DNA from: an uncultured delta proteobacterium
GTDB taxonomy: Bacteria; Desulfobacterota; Binatia; Binatales; Binataceae
Length of the DNA: 64,000 nucleotides
Assembly: GCA_963794325.1 (NCBI GenBank)
Contig: CAWCDG010000003.1
Location: 192,001-256,000 of the forward strand
Direction: 5' to 3'
Shown: piece after piece, positions 41,047 to 52,139 of the stretch
Layout: each line of letters opens with the position of its first letter
Numbering within the stretch: the first letter of the stretch is position 1
Translations under genes and position numbers: made by a program
Notes under the pieces: generated by a model
Database searches by the model: none
What the model saw: the letters and a program-made list of their open reading frames with translations, nothing else
What the model was told of the DNA's origin: nothing

Positions 41047-42453
41047 ATGCTTCGGAACCCTGAAAAGAAGGTAATCGGCGCGATCGAGGCCGCTCTCCTG
41101 CGCGCGGGTGCGCGTCGCGGCTCGGCCATTCTCGTCGGATTCTCCGGCGGTGCAGATTCCGTCGCGCTGACCTGCGCGATGCTCGAGCTTCGCGGCCATC
41201 TGGGACTCCGCATCGTGGCCGCGCATCTAAACCATCGGATCCGCGGTGATGAGGCCGACCGCGACGAGGAATTCGTGCGGCGGATGTGTGCACGGCTCGC
41301 GATTGAGTTGACCGTCGAGCGTGCCGATGGGCTGGACGCCTCGACCTCTACCGCGAACCTCGAGGAACGCGCCCGCGATGCCAGGCGCGAGTTTCTGCTG
41401 CGCGTTGCCGACCGCGTTCATGCCGATTTTGTAGCGCTCGGACACCATCGCGACGATCAGGCTGAGACTGTGTTGATGCGATTGATGCGCGGTAGTGGCG
41501 CGGCTGGCCTGTCGGCGATGGCCGAACGTGGGCCGGGACGCCTTATTCGCCCGATGTTGTCGGTGTCGCGCGCCGAGATTCGTGAATATCTCGAAGCTCG
41601 TGCGATTCCATTCGTTGAAGATTCGTCTAATGCGTCGCTGGACATTCTGCGCAACCGGATTCGGGTCGAGCTGCTGCCATTGCTCGAGCGCGAGTACGCG
41701 CCGGGCTTCAGCGGGCGGCTGTTCGAATTGGCGAGCGAGATGCGCTCGCTCGACGAGTTGGTCACCGCAATTGCCGCGCGCGAACTGGACGCGATGCGCG
41801 CCCATGGCGATGCGCTCGACGTTTCCGGCTTCGCCGTTGTGAATCGCGCGGTGCAGGCGGTCGTGATTCGGCTGTTTCTTGCCGAGCGAATCGGATCGTT
41901 GCGTAAAATCTCGCGCGCGCATGTCGAGAGCGTGCTTCATCTTATTGTCGAAGGCGGCCCCAGCGATTCGATCGACCTTCCGGGCGGCTGGCTCGCCAGG
42001 CGCGAGTACAATTTTCTTCGGTTGATGAATGTCCGAGAGCGCGCGGCTGCCGACATATCGTTTTCCGTTCCGATCGCCGCCGATGGTGTCACAATCGTCG
42101 ATGCAGCGGGCTTCAAGTTCGAGTCTTCGACGATTGCCGCAGCCGACGCCTCGATGCCCGATAGTCCATCTGTCGCGATGTTCGACGCCGCGAAAATCGC
42201 CGACGCAGGTTTGATCGCGCGCAATTTTATGGAGGGCGACCGGATTCATCCGATGGGCATGCGCGGTACGCGCAAGGTCCACGACGTGTTCGTCGATCGG
42301 AAACTGCCGCAGGCGTCACGCGGCCGCTTCCCGGTCGTCACGCTGGCCGGCGAAATCGTGTGGCTCCCCGGACTCGCACGCGCTGAATGCGCCCGCGTCA
42401 CCAAGGCCACCGAAACCATACTGCGCGTTGAGGCGTCTGAAATCGCCGCTTAG
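41047..42453 (+). CDS. tilS: tRNA(Ile)-lysidine synthetase
   Basis: SGGADS PP-loop, HLNHRIRG, EERAR, GHHRDDQAET, IRPML, EDSSN...RNRIR; upstream of ftsH. Confidence 0.93.
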   Translation: MLRNPEKKVIGAIEAALLRAGARRGSAILVGFSGGADSVALTCAMLELRGHLGLRIVAAHLNHRIRGDEADRDEEFVRRMCARLAIELTVERADGLDASTSTANLEERARDARREFLLRVADRVHADFVALGHHRDDQAETVLMRLMRGSGAAGLSAMAERGPGRLIRPMLSVSRAEIREYLEARAIPFVEDSSNASLDILRNRIRVELLPLLEREYAPGFSGRLFELASEMRSLDELVTAIAARELDAMRAHGDALDVSGFAVVNRAVQAVVIRLFLAERIGSLRKISRAHVESVLHLIVEGGPSDSIDLPGGWLARREYNFLRLMNVRERAAADISFSVPIAADGVTIVDAAGFKFESSTIAAADASMPDSPSVAMFDAAKIADAGLIARNFMEGDRIHPMGMRGTRKVHDVFVDRKLPQASRGRFPVVTLAGEIVWLPGLARAECARVTKATETILRVEASEIAA

Positions 42454-42503
42454 CGCATTCCACATTGCGCGCGCATTAACCAGCGTGATACTTTTTTAAT
42501 AGC

Positions 42504-44432
<1,929 letters not shown>

Positions 44433-44523
44433 TCGTCTCGCGCGCGTAGGCGCGCCGCTCCGATCGATTCGATTTCGCGCAGCGAGTTGGTGGCCGCGCG
44501 GGTGAGGTGTGGGTGCGGATGCG

Positions 44524-45486
44524 ATGCGACAGTCGCGGATTCAATCCAAATCTTCATCCAGTGATCGCGGTGGATCCAAACAGACGCCGCGATCGTCGTA
44601 TTCAGATCTCAAGCTGGCAGACGGGCGGGTAATCCGGTTCCCTGCCGTGATGGGCGTGCTCAACGTGACGCCCGACTCTTTCTCCGACGGCGGACGGTAT
44701 CTGGAGGCCGACCGCGCCGTCGATCACGCGCTCGCGATGGAAGCGGCGGGCGCCGACATTGTCGATATTGGCGGGGAGTCGTCGCGCCCCGTTGGCGCAC
44801 TAGAGGTTCCCGTCGAAGTCGAGCTTGCGCGCGTCACGCCGGTTCTCGAGCGCCTCGGCAAGCGGCTCAAAGTGCCAATCTCGATTGACACCCGCCGGGC
44901 CGAGGTGGCGCGCGTAGCGCTCGAATCGGGTGCCGCGATAATCAACGACATCACCGCCCTCGAGCACGACCCCGAAATGGCGCCGCTCGCGGCGCGAACG
45001 AAATGCGCTGTAGTGCTGATGCATATGCGCGGCGGTCCCGCAGATCATATCAAGTTCGCGCACTACGACGACGTCGTCCGCGAAGTCGCCGAGTACCTCG
45101 AAGCAGGCGCGAGATTTGCCGCCGCGGCAGGGGTCGCGCGCTCGCGAATTATCCTCGATCCGGGACTAGGTTTCGCCAAGAACGCGCAGCATAATCTGAG
45201 GTTGCTGGCCGACTTGCCCGTCCTCTGTGCGCTCGGCTATCCGGTATTAGTAGGAGCGTCGCGCAAGACTTTCGTGTCTCGACTCTCGGTCGGCACCGCC
45301 GCTGTCGGCACCGCCGCGGGGGCGGGCGAGCGAGAGCTGGAATTCGGCACCGCGGCTGCGAACGCGATTGCGATTGCGGCTGGCGCGTCGATAGTACGCG
45401 TGCACGACGTTGGCGCGGCCGTCGCCGTGGTCCGGATGGCGGCGGCAATAGCGGGACGAGATCAACGGTTCAATCGCGATGCATAG
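44524..45486 (+). CDS. folP: Dihydropteroate synthase
   Basis: MGVLNVTPDSFSDGG, DIGGESSRP, SIDT, DPGLGFAK, GASRK, RVHDV. Confidence 0.95.
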   Translation: MRQSRIQSKSSSSDRGGSKQTPRSSYSDLKLADGRVIRFPAVMGVLNVTPDSFSDGGRYLEADRAVDHALAMEAAGADIVDIGGESSRPVGALEVPVEVELARVTPVLERLGKRLKVPISIDTRRAEVARVALESGAAIINDITALEHDPEMAPLAARTKCAVVLMHMRGGPADHIKFAHYDDVVREVAEYLEAGARFAAAAGVARSRIILDPGLGFAKNAQHNLRLLADLPVLCALGYPVLVGASRKTFVSRLSVGTAAVGTAAGAGERELEFGTAAANAIAIAAGASIVRVHDVGAAVAVVRMAAAIAGRDQRFNRDA

Positions 45487-46231
45487 TTACATACCAATGA
45501 TACCGCAGCCGCGATGGCAGGACGTGCTCGACATCCTGATCGTCGCATACGTGATCTACCGGATCGCGATGCTCATTCGCGGCACGCGCACGATGCAGAT
45601 GGTGCTGGGGCTGGTGATCGTGGGCGGCGCGTTCGTCGCGTCGCAAGTGCTCGGACTGTTCACCCTGAACTGGCTGCTGAATAATTTTCTCGGCTCGTTG
45701 TTCGTAATCCTGGTGGTAATATTCCAGGCGGACATTCGCCGCGCGCTGACCCGGGTCGGTGCGCAATCGTTTCTCGGCCGCAATGCGGCGACCGCCACCC
45801 CTGCCGAGGAAATAGCGACCGCGGCGGCATGGTGCTCGGCCCGCCGTGTCGGTGCTTTGATTGTGATCGAGCAGGACGACGGGCTGGGCGAGTTCGTCGA
45901 GAGCGGCAGAATCGTCGATGCCAGGGTTTCGCCGGAATTGCTCGAAACAATTTTCATGAATGGCTCGCCGTTGCATGATGGCGCGGTGATAATTAACGGT
46001 GACCGTGTGCTTGCGGCGGCGTGTCTGCTGCCGCTCTCGCAGAATCCCAATGTGAGCCTGTCGCTCGGCACGCGGCATCGCGCGGCGATCGGATTGAGCG
46101 AGGACAGCGACGCGGTGGTGCTGGTGGTTTCCGAGGAGAGCGGAATGATTTCACTGGCGCGCGGCGGCGTGCTGAGCCGTGGACTGGAACCGGCCGAAGT
46201 TTTGTCCACCCTGAGGAAGCTGCCGGGTTAG
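45479..46231 (+). CDS. cdaA: Diadenylate cyclase CdaA
   Basis: Three TMs, PLHDGA, GTRHRAAIG, VSEE. Confidence 0.95.
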   Translation: MHSYIPMIPQPRWQDVLDILIVAYVIYRIAMLIRGTRTMQMVLGLVIVGGAFVASQVLGLFTLNWLLNNFLGSLFVILVVIFQADIRRALTRVGAQSFLGRNAATATPAEEIATAAAWCSARRVGALIVIEQDDGLGEFVESGRIVDARVSPELLETIFMNGSPLHDGAVIINGDRVLAAACLLPLSQNPNVSLSLGTRHRAAIGLSEDSDAVVLVVSEESGMISLARGGVLSRGLEPAEVLSTLRKLPG

Positions 46232-46241
46232 GAGCGATAGA

Positions 46242-47240
46242 GTGGAGATCGACGGACGACGCGCGATGAGGATGAGCAATTTCAAATATCTATCCGCAAT
46301 CTCGCGCCGGCTCCGCGACAGCAACATCGGTCTGCGCGTCCTGGCCGTGGCGCTTGCGGTCGGGCTCTGGATCTTCGTCAACGCGGGCGAGCGCGGCGCG
46401 GTCGAGTCGCTGACCGTGCCTATCAGCTATGCTTCGCTGCCGCCGGGGATGGTGATCGTGAACAATCCGCCGACCCAGGTGAAGATCGATGTCACCGGCC
46501 CGCGCACGCTGCTGTCGCTGCTGGATCCCCAGCGCCTCACCCTCAAGGTCGATCTGCGCAGCTTTGCGGCCGGACAATCCGATTTCAAAATTTATCCCGG
46601 GATGTTCAACGTCGGACGAAACACGTCGGTGACGAGCATCTCGCCGGACCAATTGTCGCTTGATATCGATCAACAGGTTACGCGCGACGTGCCCGTCCAT
46701 CTCGCGGTTCAGGACCGGGTCGCGCCCGGCTACGCGATTTCATCGGTGGATATTACGCCGTCAAGCGTTACTATCGTCGGCCCCAGCCGCTATGTGGCGC
46801 CGCTCACGTCGGTCAGCACCGAGCCGTTCGATCTCAAGGGACTTACTTCTGAAACCACCCGTTCAGTTGAGATCGTTCCTCCCGATCCGTCGCTTGGATT
46901 GTCCACCGGCCACGTCGAGGCCAAGGTAAATGTCGCCGAGGCGATCGCTGATCGCGAGTTTCATCCGGACGTCGAGGTCAAGGACAGCGGCTTCAAGTAC
47001 CGCGTCGTCCCCAAGCAGGCGACGCTGACGATTCGCGGCCCCGCGGTGAAGCTGGCCGGCCTCGCGCCGAAGGGGCTCGCCTACGTTGACGCCAACGGAC
47101 TCGCGCCGGGCTCGCATGAATTGCCGCTGCAGGTGACGCTGCCGGACGGAATGCAGTTGGTGCGCCAGTCGCCCGACAAGGTTAGACTGCGTATGTATCA
47201 CGAGAAGCTGTCCACCACCTCTGATGAGCACCCATCGTAA
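46242..47240 (+). CDS. cdaR: YbbR-like CdaA regulator CdaR
   Basis: LAVGLWIFV anchor, repeated V...GP YbbR units; between cdaA and glmM. Confidence 0.85.
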   Translation: MEIDGRRAMRMSNFKYLSAISRRLRDSNIGLRVLAVALAVGLWIFVNAGERGAVESLTVPISYASLPPGMVIVNNPPTQVKIDVTGPRTLLSLLDPQRLTLKVDLRSFAAGQSDFKIYPGMFNVGRNTSVTSISPDQLSLDIDQQVTRDVPVHLAVQDRVAPGYAISSVDITPSSVTIVGPSRYVAPLTSVSTEPFDLKGLTSETTRSVEIVPPDPSLGLSTGHVEAKVNVAEAIADREFHPDVEVKDSGFKYRVVPKQATLTIRGPAVKLAGLAPKGLAYVDANGLAPGSHELPLQVTLPDGMQLVRQSPDKVRLRMYHEKLSTTSDEHPS

Positions 47241-48588
47241 ACTTTTCGGCACCGACGGCGTCCGCGGCGTCGCCAACCTCGAGCCGATTACCTCGGAGAC
47301 GGCGCTCAAGCTCGGCCGCGCGCTCGCGCACGTCTTCCGCAATACCACCGGGCGTCACCGCAGAATTCTGATCGGCAAGGATACGCGGCTGTCGGGATAC
47401 ATGCTCGAGACCGCGATGGAATCCGGGATCTGCTCGATGGGCGTGGACGTATGGCTGGTTGGCCCGCTGCCGACGCCCGCAATCGCGTTCCTGACCCGCA
47501 GCATGCGCGCCGACGCCGGCATCGTCATATCGGCCTCGCACAATCCTTTCCAGGACAACGGAATCAAGTTTTTCTCGAGCGAGGGATTCAAACTGGACGA
47601 CGAGACCGAGCGCCGAATCGAAGCGCTGGTGTTCGACGAAGCGGAGATCGAGAAGAATCGCGCGCGCCCCGACGACATCGGCAAGGCGACGCGAATCGAC
47701 GACGCGCTCGGCCGCTACCAGGTGTTTCTCAAGTCGTGCCTGCCGCGCTCGGTGGTATTCGACGGCCTCAAGGTCGCGATCGATTGCGCCAACGGCGCGG
47801 CCTACAAGGTCGGTCCCGAGGCGCTCGAAGAGCTCGGCGCCGAGGTCGTCACGATCGGCGTCGATCCCGACGGTAAAAATATAAATCTGAATTGCGGCGC
47901 GATGCATCTTGAGGCGATCCGGGAAACCGTTCTGCGCGAGCACTGCAACGTCGGTATCGCGCTCGACGGCGACGGCGATCGCGTGATGCTTATCGACGAG
48001 CGCGGCGAAGTATGGGACGGCGACGACGTGATGGCGCTGCTCGGACGCAAGCTCGCCGCCGAAGGCCGGCTCCACGGCAACGCTGTCGTCGCCACCGTGA
48101 TGAGCAATTTCGGACTCGAGCTTGCGCTGCGCGACGCGGGTGTGCGGCTGATTCGCACCGAGGTCGGCGACCCCTCGGTCGCGCGCGAGATGCGCCTGAA
48201 CTCGTACAACCTCGGCGGCGAGCAATCGGGCCACGTCATCTTCATGGATCACTCGACCACCGGCGACGGCCTGATAAGCGCGCTGCTGGTCCTCGCGCAA
48301 CTGGTCGACAGCGGCCGAACCCTCAGCGAGCTTCGCGCGATGCGCCGCGTGCCGCAGGTGCTCGAAAACGTCCGCGTTAAAAATCGCATGCCGCTGGCTG
48401 AGATGCCCGACGTGCAGCGAATAATGGCCGACGCCGAAGAGCGCCTGGCTGGCACCGGCCGCCTCCTGGTCCGCTATTCCGGCACCGAAATGCTCGCCCG
48501 CGTGATGGTCGAAGGCGAAGACGCCGCCCAAATCAAAACGCTCGCGCAAGAAATCGGCGCCGCCATCCAGAAACACGCCGGCGCCTGA
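47224..48588 (+). CDS. glmM: Phosphoglucosamine mutase
   Basis: FGTDGVRG, ISASHNP, DGDGDR, GGEQSGH, RYSGTE. Confidence 0.97.
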   Translation: MSTHRKLFGTDGVRGVANLEPITSETALKLGRALAHVFRNTTGRHRRILIGKDTRLSGYMLETAMESGICSMGVDVWLVGPLPTPAIAFLTRSMRADAGIVISASHNPFQDNGIKFFSSEGFKLDDETERRIEALVFDEAEIEKNRARPDDIGKATRIDDALGRYQVFLKSCLPRSVVFDGLKVAIDCANGAAYKVGPEALEELGAEVVTIGVDPDGKNINLNCGAMHLEAIRETVLREHCNVGIALDGDGDRVMLIDERGEVWDGDDVMALLGRKLAAEGRLHGNAVVATVMSNFGLELALRDAGVRLIRTEVGDPSVAREMRLNSYNLGGEQSGHVIFMDHSTTGDGLISALLVLAQLVDSGRTLSELRAMRRVPQVLENVRVKNRMPLAEMPDVQRIMADAEERLAGTGRLLVRYSGTEMLARVMVEGEDAAQIKTLAQEIGAAIQKHAGA

Positions 48589-48595
48589 TACTGGG

Positions 48596-48625
48596 TGCAG
48601 AGCTTGTCCTGAGCGAAGCCGAAGG
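48596..48625. repeat. Small interspersed repeat unit (AGCTTGTCCTGAGCGAAGCCGAAGG)
   Basis: Resembles the widespread GC-rich intergenic repeat that reads LRLRSGQA / FGFAQDK; single copy in window. Confidence 0.45.
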
Positions 48626-48648
48626 AGGTCACCCCTGCCCAAGGAAGT

Positions 48649-48671
48649 GTGAAACCCACGGCGGGTTTCAC
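48649..48671. terminator. Hairpin between convergent glmM and pdxJ
   Basis: GTGAAACCC-ACGGC-GGGTTTCAC stem-loop. Confidence 0.45.
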
Positions 48672-48693
48672 GTTCAATAAAATGATTCCCCGC

Positions 48694-49449
48694 TCACTTT
48701 CGTTTCGCGCGCTTCACCTCGGTCGGCTTCGATCCCAGCGCCTTCAGATACGCCTTCACCGTTCGCGTGAGACCCATATAGAGCGCGTCCGAAATCAGCG
48801 CATGCCCGATTGAAACTTCCTGCAACCCTTTCACTGCCTTCACGTAGGTCGGAAGATTCTTGAGATCGAGGTCATGCCCCGCATTCACGCCGAGCCCGAT
48901 CTTCCGCGCCAAGCGCGCAGTCTCGCGATGCGCCGCGAGTATCGTTTTGCCGGCGGACGTGCCGAACGCATGCGCATACGGCCCGGTGTACAACTCGATT
49001 CGATCGGCTCCGAATTTTCGCGCGAGCTCGATCTGCTCGGCGTCAGTCTCGAGAAAAAGACTGGTGCGGATGCCTGCGTCGCGAAACCTCGCGAGCACCT
49101 CGCGCAACCAATCAGCCGCGCCACCCTTCAGGTTCCATCCCGCGCTCGAGGTCAGCACACCAGGCGGGTCGGGCACCAGCGTCACCTGCGTCGGCCGCAC
49201 CCGCATCACCAGGTCGATAAACTCCTCGCCCGGATATCCCTCGATGTTGAACTCGACCGTCAGCATCGCGGCGAGATCGAACACGTCCTGAAATGTGATG
49301 TGCCGGGCGTCGGGTCGCGGATGAACGGTTATCCCCTGGCATCCCGCGGCAATACAGGTGCGAGCCGCCTCGACGACGTTCGGAATATCTCCACCCCGCG
49401 CATTCCTGAGCGTCGCAATTTTATTGACGTTAACGCTAAGCCGAATCAT
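48694..49449 (-). CDS. pdxJ: Pyridoxine 5'-phosphate synthase
   Basis: LSVNVNKIATLRNARG, GITVHPRPDARHI, FNIEG, IELYTG, VNAGHDL, EVSIGHAL. Confidence 0.95.
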   Translation of the reverse strand: MIRLSVNVNKIATLRNARGGDIPNVVEAARTCIAAGCQGITVHPRPDARHITFQDVFDLAAMLTVEFNIEGYPGEEFIDLVMRVRPTQVTLVPDPPGVLTSSAGWNLKGGAADWLREVLARFRDAGIRTSLFLETDAEQIELARKFGADRIELYTGPYAHAFGTSAGKTILAAHRETARLARKIGLGVNAGHDLDLKNLPTYVKAVKGLQEVSIGHALISDALYMGLTRTVKAYLKALGSKPTEVKRAKRK

Positions 49450-49528
49450 CCGGCTCAACGTTACCAGACCCCCACCGCTCATTCACGGGTAGTGTGCATG
49501 GTGTAATATTTTGTTGGGTTATCTGATC

Positions 49529-51082
49529 ATGATCCTCCTCGACGCCGTCCAAAGCCGCGAACTCGACCGAATCAGCCAGGATAAGTACGGGATACCGTCA
49601 GACTCGCTGATGACGCGCGCCGGCGAGGCGGTTGCCGACGCTCTCGTCGAGCGGTTTCCCGAGGCTGCCACCGACGTGCTTGTCGTCGCGGGCAAGGGCA
49701 ACAACGGCGGCGACGGATTCGTGGCGGGACGGCGTCTCATTCAGGACGGCTTCGCGGTGCGCGCGGTCCTGCTCGGCCGCGCAGCGGACTTGAAAACAGA
49801 TGCGGCCCGCGCGCACGCGGATTTCCGCACTGCCGGCGGCAAAGTGATCGAGGCAGTTGGAGAGTCGGCTCTCGAAACCGCGCTGGGCAAGAAGCCGAGC
49901 GCTGCCATCGACGCGATTTTCGGCTCCGGACTGAATGCCGAGGTGAAAGACGCACCGCGCCGCGCGATCGAGATTGTGAATGCATTTGAATTGCCCATCG
50001 TCGCTGTCGATATCGCGTCAGGAGTCAATTCGGATACCGGCGCTATTATGGGCGTCGCGATTCGAGCTTCGCTCACCGTGACGTTCGGCTTCGCCAAGTT
50101 CGGCCACGTTTCGTATCCGGGCGCGGGACAAACCGGCGAAGTGCGAGTTGCCGATATCGGTTTCGCACCGCATGCGATTGACGAGATAGCACCGCGCGGC
50201 CGATTCCTCGAGCGCGCGGACTTGCAGCATCTGATTCGCCCGCGGCCGGAGAATTCGCACAAGGGCATGTATGGGCATCCTCTCGTGATCGCCGGCGCTC
50301 GCGGCAAATCCGGCGCCGTACTGCTCGCATCGCGGGCCGCGCTGAGGACCGGCGCCGGCCTGGTCACCGCCGCGATGCCGGAATCGATCCAGCCGATCGT
50401 CGCGTCGGGTCAGGCCGAGCTGATGACGGAACCGATTGCCGATCGCGACGGGCATTTTGACGGCGCCCACGCACCCGATGCGTTGAAGATGATCCTCGAC
50501 GGTAAGAACGCGCTGATCGTCGGTCCGGGAATCGGCGTTACAGATGATACGAAGCGACTCATCGAATGGCTCATTTCCGACGCTTCCGAGCGCGATCGCC
50601 CGATGCTTATCGACGCGGACGGGTTGAACGCGCTCGCCGCGATCGGTTGCGAGTCTTTGAAGCGCGCGCGCGGTCCCGTCGTTCTGACGCCTCATCCGGG
50701 AGAAGCCTCGCGCCTGCTCGGAATTCCCACTACGGCTATCAACGCCGATCGCGTCTCGGCAGCACGTAGGCTTGCAGAGCGGACAGGAGCGACTGTGCTG
50801 ATTAAAGGCGCTCGCTCGGTTATCGCATCTCCCGACGGCGACATCTATATCAACTCGACCGGAAATCCTGGCATGGCCACGCCGGGAATGGGCGATGCGC
50901 TGTCGGGAATCGTCGGCGCGATGCTCGGACAACATATGAGCCCGCTCGACGCTCTCGCGTTCGGCGTCTTTCTCCACGGCTGCGCGGCAGACCGGGTCGC
51001 TCAGCGTATCGGACGCATCGGCTACATCGCCGGCGACCTCATCGACGAGCTGCCCGCCGCTCTGGAAGCGCTATCGAAGTAG
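49529..51082 (+). CDS. nnr: Bifunctional NAD(P)H-hydrate epimerase/dehydratase
   Basis: GKGNNGGDG, DAIFGSG, SHKG.YG, GPGIG, DADG, TPHPGEA, GMGD.LSG. Confidence 0.93.
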   Translation: MILLDAVQSRELDRISQDKYGIPSDSLMTRAGEAVADALVERFPEAATDVLVVAGKGNNGGDGFVAGRRLIQDGFAVRAVLLGRAADLKTDAARAHADFRTAGGKVIEAVGESALETALGKKPSAAIDAIFGSGLNAEVKDAPRRAIEIVNAFELPIVAVDIASGVNSDTGAIMGVAIRASLTVTFGFAKFGHVSYPGAGQTGEVRVADIGFAPHAIDEIAPRGRFLERADLQHLIRPRPENSHKGMYGHPLVIAGARGKSGAVLLASRAALRTGAGLVTAAMPESIQPIVASGQAELMTEPIADRDGHFDGAHAPDALKMILDGKNALIVGPGIGVTDDTKRLIEWLISDASERDRPMLIDADGLNALAAIGCESLKRARGPVVLTPHPGEASRLLGIPTTAINADRVSAARRLAERTGATVLIKGARSVIASPDGDIYINSTGNPGMATPGMGDALSGIVGAMLGQHMSPLDALAFGVFLHGCAADRVAQRIGRIGYIAGDLIDELPAALEALSK

Positions 51083-51112
51083 TAGAGCTATTTTGATAAC
51101 TGAGTAATCGCG

Positions 51113-51616
51113 ATGCCTAATGCCGCAACAGACTCGGGCGCGACCGTGGTCACGATGGTGATCGAAAGCCGCTCGCCGCACGAGACCAAGTCGTGGGGAC
51201 GGCGGCTTGCCTCTCTGCTCGAAGGCGGGGAACTGCTCGGATTGATCGGTGACCTCGGCGCGGGCAAGACCGTCTTCATCAAAGGCCTTGCGAGCGGACT
51301 AAGCCTGCGCGAGGAAGACATCCTGAGTCCGACCTTCACGATGATCCAAGAGCATCACGGCCGCTTCCCGCTTTATCACATCGATCTCTACCGCCTCGAA
51401 GAGGCGACCCTCGACGACCTCGGCCTCCGCGAATACCTGTTCTCCGCAGGCGTCGCCGCCGTGGAATGGTTCGAGCGCCTGCGCGACAGCGCCGAGATGG
51501 AATTCCTGTCAGTGCGAATCAGCTATGCCGGCGCCAACCTCCGCCGCATCGAATTCAGCGCCGTGGATTCCCGCCACGCACAAATAATTTCCAAGTTGAA
51601 ACGCAGCTTCGCCTGA
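51113..51616 (+). CDS. tsaE: tRNA threonylcarbamoyladenosine biosynthesis ATPase TsaE
   Basis: GDLGAGKT, SPTF, HIDLYRL, VEW. Confidence 0.95.
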   Translation: MPNAATDSGATVVTMVIESRSPHETKSWGRRLASLLEGGELLGLIGDLGAGKTVFIKGLASGLSLREEDILSPTFTMIQEHHGRFPLYHIDLYRLEEATLDDLGLREYLFSAGVAAVEWFERLRDSAEMEFLSVRISYAGANLRRIEFSAVDSRHAQIISKLKRSFA

Positions 51617-51663
51617 GTCGTCGCAGAAGTGCCTAAGAAGCGGTTCCTGAAATGAAATTCCGG

Positions 51664-51700
51664 TTCCCCTTCCCGTTCGGGAAGGGGTTAGGGGTTAGGT
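51664..51700. repeat. Hairpin + (TTAGGGG) tail repeat, same family as 24311-24346
   Basis: CCCCTTCCCG-TT-CGGGAAGGGG-TTAGGGGTTAGGT; supplies the last codons and stop of the cupin gene. Confidence 0.8.
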
Positions 51701-52023
51701 TGCTTGCTCATCTCTCGACGCACTGGATAGTCCACGACAATCGCCCGCCCATCCGTGATCGCTCTCACAAAATGCTTTGTCTCCGGCGGCACGATCGCGA
51801 CGAACCCCGGACCCGCGATTTGCGTCTTACCGCCAATCTTAACTTCGAGCTGCCCTTCAATCACGTTCCAGACTTCCTCATTCGCATGCGAGTGCTCATG
51901 AATCGTTGACCCGGCCTCGAACACATAGTGCCCGAAGGTCATGCTCTCCGAATCGAAGTATTTGCCCTTCCATCCGGGGAGCCGCTCGATTGTCTTCAAC
52001 TTGTTAGTGTCGATGAAAGGCAT
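51688..52023 (-). CDS. Cupin domain protein
   Basis: HEHSHANEE...VIEGQLE...G....GPG....VPP...H. Confidence 0.85.
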   Translation of the reverse strand: MPFIDTNKLKTIERLPGWKGKYFDSESMTFGHYVFEAGSTIHEHSHANEEVWNVIEGQLEVKIGGKTQIAGPGFVAIVPPETKHFVRAITDGRAIVVDYPVRREMSKQPNP

Positions 52024-52139
52024 CTTCTTCTCTCCGCTTGAGGCCGGAATTCATGGCTGATATCTAAACAACCGCCGCCCAAGGCGAAAGTTACGCTAGC
52101 ACACGCAAATCCCGCGGTAAGATGGAACGGAGAATCCAA

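Noticed and set aside
45479-48588. c-di-AMP module (cdaA-cdaR-glmM) as a novelty
   Set aside because: Well-known conserved arrangement, including in Deltaproteobacteria
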